Source of the DNA: an uncultured Gemmatimonadaceae bacterium
Lineage (GTDB): Bacteria > Gemmatimonadota > Gemmatimonadetes > Gemmatimonadales > Gemmatimonadaceae
Direction of reading: 5' to 3'
Length of the DNA: 64,000 nucleotides
Assembly: GCA_963761305.1 (NCBI GenBank)
Contig: CAVXGK010000001.1
Location: forward strand, 1,440,001 to 1,504,000
The notes under the pieces were generated by a model. It was not told the origin of the DNA and did no database searches. It was given only the letters and a program-made list of their open reading frames with translations. Both the position numbers and the translations under genes were made by a program. Positions 57,486-64,000 of the stretch are shown piece by piece. Position 1 is the stretch's first letter; every line of letters begins with the position of its first letter.

Positions 57486-58733
57486 ATGATTTCGTTTGCA
57501 GCGCTCCGGCACCTCGCGTTCTTCGACGAGCTGTCGCGGCTGGACGAAGCGGACGATTCCTGGCGTGAGGTCTCCGCCGGTCTCGTGGTGCTGCGGCTGG
57601 TCGACCGGTGGCTGGAAGAGGGCGCCAGCGTGGTCGCGACCGACACGTGGGGGTACACGTCGGTCGTCGGCGCGGTGGACGCGATCGCGGTCGGACGCCC
57701 GGTGCGCGGCATGCTCCGCAGCGTCGTCGACGCGATGGCGGCGGCCGGCAACCCGAATTTCCGCACCGTCGCGCCGCGCTTGATGGCCTACGCCCGGGCG
57801 CTGGATTTCGACGCCAGGTGGGTGCTCGCCGTAGACGTCTACCACACGGTCATCGCGTTCAGCGAGCCGCTCGAGAATGCCGACACGGTGATCGCGGCCC
57901 ATCTGCGCCTCGGCTACTGTCTGCGACAGACGGGCGAGATCGACCAGTCGGCGGCAGCCTACTCGATGGCGGGAAGAATCGCCGAGCAGACCGGAGACAT
58001 GATGGGCGTGCTCCGGGCGCGTATCGGCGACGCCAAGATCGCCATGCTCCGGGGGAATCTTCCCCGCGCTGAGCTGATACTGGACGAGACCATCGAGCAG
58101 GCGGTCAAGAATGGACTGCCGGCCGTGGAGTCGATGGCGCTGCACGACCGCGCGAGCGCCGCGGGTATGCGCGGAGACTACGAGCTCGCGGTCCGCCTGG
58201 CCTATCGGGCCCTGCCCGGATCGGACAGCGAACGAAGCCGCGATCGTATTCTTCACGACATCGCCACGGCGTTCAATCTGCTCGGCGTCCGTAGCGCCGC
58301 CCGCGATGCGTTCACTGTACTCGTCGCTACGAGTCAGGAGCGGTATCTGCGGTGGGCGTCGTCAATCCAGCTGTTGGCGATTGCCGCGCAAGACGGGATC
58401 GGCCCGGTGTTCGAGAAGTATCGACAGGACCTGGGCGTCCAGCCGCTGCCGCCGGCGCTTCGCGCGGAATTCCAATTCCAGACCGGTCGTGGCTATCTCG
58501 CCTTGGGCCACTTCGCAGACGCCACGCAATGGCTCGAAGAGGCCGTGTCCACGGCGAACGCCAGCGGCTTGTACCAGACGGTGTTCGAGGCGGAGAGCGC
58601 GTTGGTCAACGCTCGACAGGCTCAGATCCGCCAGAACCGTGCGACCCCACACCGACCTTTGGCACCGGATCTCACATACGTCGCCAGGGCGATGCGGGAG
58701 ATGCGGGAGTCACTCATCGGCGCCCAGAGATAA
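57486..58733 (+). CDS. Cytoplasmic TPR-like helical repeat protein
   Basis: GAGGAAAGGGAC RBS region; TPR-like units (AHLRLGYCLRQTGEIDQSAAAY, GNLPRAELIL, GDYELAVRLA, GRGYLALGHFADATQWLEEA); no signal peptide. Confidence 0.8.
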   Translation: MISFAALRHLAFFDELSRLDEADDSWREVSAGLVVLRLVDRWLEEGASVVATDTWGYTSVVGAVDAIAVGRPVRGMLRSVVDAMAAAGNPNFRTVAPRLMAYARALDFDARWVLAVDVYHTVIAFSEPLENADTVIAAHLRLGYCLRQTGEIDQSAAAYSMAGRIAEQTGDMMGVLRARIGDAKIAMLRGNLPRAELILDETIEQAVKNGLPAVESMALHDRASAAGMRGDYELAVRLAYRALPGSDSERSRDRILHDIATAFNLLGVRSAARDAFTVLVATSQERYLRWASSIQLLAIAAQDGIGPVFEKYRQDLGVQPLPPALRAEFQFQTGRGYLALGHFADATQWLEEAVSTANASGLYQTVFEAESALVNARQAQIRQNRATPHRPLAPDLTYVARAMREMRESLIGAQR

Positions 58734-58763
58734 AAAGCAGGGCCCGAGCCGAGGCTCGGGCCC
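58732..58763 (-). terminator. Intrinsic terminator for the small peptide gene (possibly bidirectional)
   Basis: Perfect stem GGGCCCGAGC/GCTCGGGCCC (58740-58763), followed on the minus strand by TGCTTTTTA. Confidence 0.75.
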
Positions 58764-58786
58764 ACCGTCACCACGAAAACGTCAGG

Positions 58787-58933
58787 TCAATTCAAACAGC
58801 GGCCATCGCTGCCAACCCATCCGCCGCAGGACGACGAATCATTGCTCGCAGTCGGCGCCGTGGCACTGGTGCAGGCGGAAAGAACAAAGGAGGTAATGGC
58901 GAGAACGAGAAGGGCAATCGGGCGGCGAGACAT
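58787..58933 (-). CDS. 48-aa lipobox-containing peptide with C-terminal C-x9-C loop
   Basis: MSRRPIALLVLAITSFVLSA|CTSATAPTASNDSSSCGGWVGSDGRCLN; GGAGA RBS upstream and terminator downstream. Confidence 0.75.
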   Translation of the reverse strand: MSRRPIALLVLAITSFVLSACTSATAPTASNDSSSCGGWVGSDGRCLN

Positions 58934-59034
58934 GGCTTTCTCCGTCGAAGGCAGGGCCGGCGAGGGTACTCTTGGCAGGGGATCCTTCTGGCTTGCCATC
59001 TTAGGGTCGCGGTTGGGCTCGTAAACGCGCATTT

Positions 59035-59064
59035 TGTGTCACGAGGTTGCGGTTTCATGACACA
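59035..59064. promoter_or_regulatory. Putative operator TGTGTCACGA-N10-TCATGACACA in the divergent peptide/AraC promoter region
   Basis: 9/10 inverted repeat; core TGTCACG-N12-CATGACAC matches 57371-57398. Confidence 0.65.
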
Positions 59065-59082
59065 GAGCCAGCTTCCCTCTTC

Positions 59083-59871
59083 GTGGACGTCGCTGCGTTT
59101 CTTCCACGCCCGCTGCTCCCTCAGCTCAAGATCGCTCTCGGCTCGGAGCACACACTCACCTCGGTTGCGAGTTGGGGAGAGCTTCGGTCGACCGTCCAGC
59201 AGTGCATGATCGACATCGTCGTCGCCGATCCGTGCGCTACCGGTTCCGTCGAAGTCGAGTCGCTCGAGCTGATCCGCCGACAGTTTCCCTCACTCCCCAT
59301 CGTCCTCTACACGTCGCTCGCCGCGAGTGCCTTCAGCGCGACGGTGCGGCTGGCTCGATCGGGAATCGAGCACGTGGTCTTGAGCCGGTTCGACGACGAG
59401 CCGCGAAGGTTTCTCGAACTGCTGGAAAGCATCCCCGCGAACGAGCTTGGCGAACGGATGCTGCGGGAATTGGCGGGACCGTTGTCGTGTTTACCCGTGG
59501 TCGTCGTGCGAGGCATCGACCAGTTGTTCCGATCACCGGCGCGTTTTACGAGTGCCGGAGATCTCGCCGCGGCAGCGGGGATGAACGTTCGAACGCTGTA
59601 CCGCAACCTCGAGCCGGCGGGCTTCTACTCGGCGAGAGCGTTGGTCGTGTCGGCGAGGTTGGTGCGGGCGTACGCGTATTTGCGGGATCCGGGCAGGTCG
59701 ATCAAGGACGTGGCGGCGAAGACGGGCTACACGTCTCCATGGCAGCTCTCGCAGCACATGCGGGAGATGACGGGACGAACCGCCGAGCAGGTTCGACGTG
59801 AGATGTCGCCGGACGAATTGATCGCTCGCATGGTCGAACAAGTGCAGCAGCAGCGGAGGCAAGGCGAATGA
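59083..59871 (+). CDS. AraC-family regulator with atypical receiver-like N-terminal domain
   Basis: IDIVVADP and LPIVLYTS receiver-like strands; double HTH (LAAAAGMNVRTLYRNL, SIKDVAAKTGY...MREMTG). Start assumed at GTG 59083. Confidence 0.82.
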   Translation: MDVAAFLPRPLLPQLKIALGSEHTLTSVASWGELRSTVQQCMIDIVVADPCATGSVEVESLELIRRQFPSLPIVLYTSLAASAFSATVRLARSGIEHVVLSRFDDEPRRFLELLESIPANELGERMLRELAGPLSCLPVVVVRGIDQLFRSPARFTSAGDLAAAAGMNVRTLYRNLEPAGFYSARALVVSARLVRAYAYLRDPGRSIKDVAAKTGYTSPWQLSQHMREMTGRTAEQVRREMSPDELIARMVEQVQQQRRQGE

Positions 59872-60350
59872 CGTGGCCGGTAGTTCCCGGAATGGGGACC
59901 GGAATCGGGGGGCGGGGGGTATCATCTGCCAAGGACGTGCGGCGGGAGTTGCCGCGCGCCCGTTTGGTACGCCTGCTCGTCGTGGACGACGAGCCCTCGA
60001 TCTGCAAGGCGCTCGGCATGGCTTTTACTCACGCCGGGTACGACGTCATCACCGCGAAGAGCGGCGAGGCGGCGATCGCAACGATCCAGACGGAACGGGT
60101 CGACGTGCTCCTGATCGATCTCCGCATTCCGGACGTGCGCGGCGACGAAGTTTTCGAGTACGCCGCCGGCGTTCAGCCAGACCTTCGAGACCACACGCTG
60201 TTCATGACGGGCGACATCAGCGACCAGGCGATCGAGCTGATTGCCGCGTGCCGCTGTAACTTCATTCGCAAGCCGTTCGACCTGAGCGTGATGTTCGACG
60301 CGGTCGCCGCGCTCGCGCCGGTGGAGCACGTCCGCAAGTCGTCTGCCTGA
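59868..60350 (+). CDS. Single-domain response regulator (receiver)
   Basis: LLVVDDE, DVLLIDLRIP, FMTG, IRKPF. ATG overlaps the AraC stop; the true start may be further downstream. Confidence 0.88.
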   Translation: MTWPVVPGMGTGIGGRGVSSAKDVRRELPRARLVRLLVVDDEPSICKALGMAFTHAGYDVITAKSGEAAIATIQTERVDVLLIDLRIPDVRGDEVFEYAAGVQPDLRDHTLFMTGDISDQAIELIAACRCNFIRKPFDLSVMFDAVAALAPVEHVRKSSA

Positions 60351-60371
60351 GACGGGTGGAAGAGTGGACCG

Positions 60372-60950
60372 CTAGAACTTCCAGCTTCGCAAGGTTTTTA
60401 GTGTTTCCTCGAGGGCGAGTCGTTGCGCTGTCTGCGTCGACTCGGCGAGCAATCCTTCGTAGGTCGAGATGGCGACTTTGAGCGCGACGGGGTCCTCTTC
60501 GTCGTTCGCCAGGCTCGTGGCGTTGTCGGCCAGCGCGGCGCGCGCCAGTTGATCGGCGGGAAAGCGCCGGCTGACCTCCATCCAGCGATCGACGCGCTTG
60601 CGGAGCGACGATTCGGAAAGCGCCCAGAGGTGCCAAGCGCCGCGGTTGGACGGATCGATTTCCTTGGCGCGAACGGCCAGCTTGGAAACGGCGTCGGGGC
60701 CACGGCCGGCAAGCCAGTACGAGTTGGCGAGGACGACGAGCGCCTGTGCGTCGTCCGGGGAGACAGCGGTGACGTGCTCGTAGAGGGGAATTACAACTTC
60801 GGGCAAGTCGCGATATGGTTCCGCGGCCGACTTGGCGTCGGCGGCGGAGAGACCGCTGGCGAAGGAACGAAGGTCGTCGAGGAGTTGGCCGACGTCGTTC
60901 GAACGGCGATACGCATCGACGTACAGGGCGACGGTTGGTTGATCGGACAT
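60372..60950 (-). CDS. Hypothetical helical (TPR-like) protein
   Basis: SPDDAQALVVLANSYWLAG and IDPSNRGAWHLWA are TPR-like turns. Confidence 0.7.
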   Translation of the reverse strand: MSDQPTVALYVDAYRRSNDVGQLLDDLRSFASGLSAADAKSAAEPYRDLPEVVIPLYEHVTAVSPDDAQALVVLANSYWLAGRGPDAVSKLAVRAKEIDPSNRGAWHLWALSESSLRKRVDRWMEVSRRFPADQLARAALADNATSLANDEEDPVALKVAISTYEGLLAESTQTAQRLALEETLKTLRSWKF

Positions 60951-61393
60951 GGCAAAAAAGCTACGCGAACGGCAAGGCTGGAGCTGGCAATCCCGCCTAT
61001 GTACCGACATTGGCTCGTTTGATGCCTCTTCCGGGGCGGGAGCCGTTCCGAGCGAGGAGCCGGGCCCGTCTGCAACTTTTTACAGGGTTGCGCGAAACCG
61101 GAGAAAAGGCGATACTCTTGGCGTCCGCCGGCACGACCGCGACGAACCCCTGAGTTGAAAGCGATGGGTTGGGTGGGGGGGGTCGGAGGTTGCAGGGCCC
61201 GGGCCGCGCCGTCGCGCCAGCATCGCCGGGATCGCGTGAGGTTCCCCGCGCCCCGTCGGTACCGAGAGTTCAGCCGCGTCGCGGCAAGTGTTTTTCCCGT
61301 CACGCATTTCGCGTTTTTTCGCTCGCCCGTAGCTCGGCGAGCAGTTTTCGGCGAACGCCGAATCAGCATCACCTTTTCTATCGAACCATCAGC

Positions 61394-63205
61394 ATGAGCG
61401 AAAGTCGACGCCCACCTCGTCGTGGCCGTGGTCGCCGTCCGTCTACCGGAACCGGCGCAGAACCCATCGACAATCCGTATCGCGACGAAGTCGAGGCAAG
61501 TAGCGCGACGTTGTCGGTCCCAGATGTCGAATCGCCGCCACCAGCGCGCGAACATTCAGAGCCGCCGCCGCCGACGCCGGCGCCGAGACGTCACGAACGC
61601 GCGACGATGGAGACGGACACACCGTCCACCTCCTCGGCCAACGTTCCTTCGGCTCCGCCGGCCGCCGCTCCAGCGACGCCGTCACAGTACGTCGAGCGCG
61701 AGCGACCTGTCGCCGACAACCCACCGCCCCACTCGAATGGCGAGTCGTCGCAGCCCGCACCGAACGGCGGCGGCTACCCGGCCGGCGGCGGTTGGTCCGG
61801 CGGCGCGGGCGGAGGGGGAGGGGGAGGGGGAGGGGGAAATCAGACAGGCAGCTCGCAACGCGGGTCGTACGAGCCACACGCGCATCGCGACCGCGGTCAG
61901 GATCAAGGTGGCGGCCGTGATGGGGGCGGCGGTGGAGGTGGTGGCAGCTTCCACGATCGGCGCAACGGTGGACGACGTCACCGGCGCGGCAGGGGACGCG
62001 GGCAGCGAGGCGGCGGTCGAGAAAACCAGCCGCAACAACCGCAGCAGCAACAGCAGCACCAGGGCGGTCAGCCGATTCAGATCGTCGCGACCGCCGAGGC
62101 GCGCGGATGGTTCGAGCCCGCGCGCGACGCAGGATTCATCCGCCGCGCGGGCAACAGCTACCTCGCGGAAGCCGGCGACGCCTACGTCCCGCCGCACGTC
62201 GTTCGACAATTCCAACTTCGGAAAGCCGATCTCGTCGACGCGACGACCGGCCTGGATCAGCGCGGGCGTTCCACGGTGGTCGAAGTCCGCACGATCAACG
62301 ACATCGATCCGGCGGTTGCGTCAAAGCGGCCGGAGTTCAATTCGCTCACCGCGTCGTATCCCGAGCGCAAGCTGTTCATGGAGACGGGCCGTCCCGCCAA
62401 AGCCGGCGCGGAGCTCATTCGCCGCTCGATCGATCTCATCGCGCCGATCGGCTACGGCCAACGCGCGCTGATCGTGGCGCCGGCACGCGCGGGTAAGACG
62501 ACGCTCCTCCACGGCATCACGGAAGGCGTCGCGGTCAATCACCCGAACGCGGCGCTGCTCATCCTCCTCGTCGACGAGCGTCCCGAGGAAGTGAGCGAAG
62601 CGATTTCGTGGGGCGTGGGTGAGGTCATCTCGTCGAGCTTCGACCAGCCCGCGCAGCGGCACGTCGAAGTCACCGAGATGGTGCTCAATCGCGCGCACCG
62701 TCTGGTGGAATCCGGCAAGGACGTCGTGATCGTGCTCGATTCGCTCACGCGCATGGCGCGCGCGCACAATACGGCCGAGCGAGGCACGGGCCGCACGTTG
62801 TCCGGAGGGTTGGACGCCACGGCGATGGCCAAGCCGAAGGCCTTCTTCGGATCGGCCCGCTCGATTCCGGACAGCTCCGGCGGCGGCTCGCTCACGATCA
62901 TCGCCACGGCGCTGGTCGAGACGGGCTCGCGGATGGACGACGTGATCTTCGAGGAGTTCAAGGGCACCGGCAACTGCGAGATCAAGCTCGATCGCGGGCT
63001 GGCCGAGAAGCGTATCTATCCGGCGATCGACATCGGAACGAGCGGGACGCGGCGGGAGGAAAAGCTCTTCCGTCCGGACCAGATCGACAGCGTGTTCACG
63101 CTGCGCCGGGGCTTGAGCCAGATGCCGCCGCAATCGGCGATGGAGTGGCTGATCAAGCGCATCGCGGCGACTCCGAGCAACGACGCGCTGCTGGCGGGGT
63201 TGTAG
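61394..63205 (+). CDS. rho: Transcription termination factor Rho with long disordered N-terminal region
   Basis: PIGYGQRALIVAPARAGKT, LLVDERPEEV, LDSLTRMARA, TALVETGSRMDDVIFEEFKGTGN, SGTRREE. Confidence 0.93.
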   Translation: MSESRRPPRRGRGRRPSTGTGAEPIDNPYRDEVEASSATLSVPDVESPPPAREHSEPPPPTPAPRRHERATMETDTPSTSSANVPSAPPAAAPATPSQYVERERPVADNPPPHSNGESSQPAPNGGGYPAGGGWSGGAGGGGGGGGGGNQTGSSQRGSYEPHAHRDRGQDQGGGRDGGGGGGGGSFHDRRNGGRRHRRGRGRGQRGGGRENQPQQPQQQQQHQGGQPIQIVATAEARGWFEPARDAGFIRRAGNSYLAEAGDAYVPPHVVRQFQLRKADLVDATTGLDQRGRSTVVEVRTINDIDPAVASKRPEFNSLTASYPERKLFMETGRPAKAGAELIRRSIDLIAPIGYGQRALIVAPARAGKTTLLHGITEGVAVNHPNAALLILLVDERPEEVSEAISWGVGEVISSSFDQPAQRHVEVTEMVLNRAHRLVESGKDVVIVLDSLTRMARAHNTAERGTGRTLSGGLDATAMAKPKAFFGSARSIPDSSGGGSLTIIATALVETGSRMDDVIFEEFKGTGNCEIKLDRGLAEKRIYPAIDIGTSGTRREEKLFRPDQIDSVFTLRRGLSQMPPQSAMEWLIKRIAATPSNDALLAGL

Positions 63206-63215
63206 GCGGGTGAAC

Positions 63216-63340
63216 GTGGACGGGTGGACGGGTGGACAGGAAAAACTGCTTTACTGACGGCTGACCCTGACATCTGACGGTCTGACGCCCGCCGTCTACC
63301 CGTCCACCGTGTACCCGTCTACCCGATTACCCGTCCACCC
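63216..63340. repeat. Inverted octamer arrays (GTGGACGG / CCGTCYAC) enclosing a CTGACnn repeat
   Basis: gtggacgg gtggacgg gtggacag ... ctgacgg ctgacc ctgacat ctgacggt ctgacg ... ccgtctac ccgtccac ... ccgtctac ccgattac ccgtccac. Confidence 0.8.
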
Positions 63341-63399
63341 GACGACCAGACCGGGCGCGGCTGTAGGCCGCGCCCGGTCTTTGCTCCATAGACGGCGTC

Positions 63400-64000
63400 A
63401 TGCGCCGCCGATCGCTTCTCCCCGACCCGGTGCGTACGGCGATGGTTCTGGCGCTCGCGCTGGCACCACACGCCGGGAACGCACAGGCCAAACGTGCGCC
63501 CACCCCGTCGCGTGAACCCCCGCCGGAGATCCGCAGGCTGACGATCACCGGGGTCACGCACGTGGACGTGGCTGACCTCGAGCAGAGCATCGCGACGCAG
63601 CCCACGTCGTGCATCAGCATCCTGCTCGCGCCGATCTGCGCGTTCAGCCACTCGCCGACGGTGCAGAACCGGTCCTATCTCGACGAGACCGAGTTCCAGC
63701 GCGACGTGCTGCGCATCCGGCTGTACCTGTGGCTGCGCGGCTTTCGCGAGGCGACGGTCGACACGAGCGTCGTCAAGACGGGACCGCGGCAGGCGCACGT
63801 CACGTTCGCGGTGCACGAGAACGCGCCGACGATCATTCACTCGCTGTCGATCACGGCCGATTCGAATCTCGTGAACGGCCGCTCGCGGCGGCGCATCTTC
63901 GGCATGCTCCACGAAGGCGAGCCGCTCGACCTCATGCAGCTCGACTCGATCCGCGGGGCGCTGCAGCGCGTCGCGTGGAACGGCGGCCACAGCGACGCCG
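63400..64000 (+). CDS. BamA/TamA-family outer membrane protein, N-terminal POTRA region (partial)
   Basis: Open frame from ATG 63400 (or 63442) to the window end: signal peptide, EIRRLTITGV, FQRDVLRIRLYLWLRGFREATVDT, VTFAVHENAP, EGEPLD. Confidence 0.75.
   Translation, partial: MRRRSLLPDPVRTAMVLALALAPHAGNAQAKRAPTPSREPPPEIRRLTITGVTHVDVADLEQSIATQPTSCISILLAPICAFSHSPTVQNRSYLDETEFQRDVLRIRLYLWLRGFREATVDTSVVKTGPRQAHVTFAVHENAPTIIHSLSITADSNLVNGRSRRRIFGMLHEGEPLDLMQLDSIRGALQRVAWNGGHSDA

Noticed and set aside
58934..59032. 81-aa version of the peptide ORF
   Set aside because: The RBS and signal peptide fit ATG 58933; the extension runs through the divergent promoter region.
61130..61300. 6S RNA or known riboswitch
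   Set aside because: Only short terminal pairing; I could not match the conserved motifs by eye. Kept only as a possible structured leader.

Overview
High-GC bacterial chromosomal segment. Gene content (PadR plus duplicated orphan permease, TAT and lipoprotein exports, DUF885, matrixins, Rho with a long N-terminal extension) suggests Gemmatimonadota or a similar soil lineage, which is an inference. It has about 60 genes: peptidases and hydrolases, two ECF sigma/anti-sigma operons, GMC and xanthine dehydrogenase-type oxidoreductases, RNase D, a LigC ligase with a frameshifted primase-polymerase partner, Rho and Omp85-family proteins. I saw no tRNA, rRNA, CRISPR array or transposase. The best candidate for an undescribed system is at about 57.37-60.35 kb: a cytoplasmic TPR protein, a convergent 48-aa lipobox peptide with a C-x9-C loop and its own RBS and terminator, a divergent AraC regulator with an atypical receiver-like domain, and a stand-alone receiver. 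The same split palindrome, TGTCACG-N12/13-CATGACAC, occurs in both promoter regions, so the block resembles a peptide-receptor signalling cassette in a diderm. Also notable: a palindrome-rich 43-bp tandem array at 5.56-6.03 kb, a 47-bp imperfect inverted repeat at 26.8 kb, 7-8 bp intergenic microsatellites that bracket yhbY in inverted orientation, and a probable CTG/ATT start on a TAT-signal epimerase. All product calls come from motif recognition by eye; no database searches were run.
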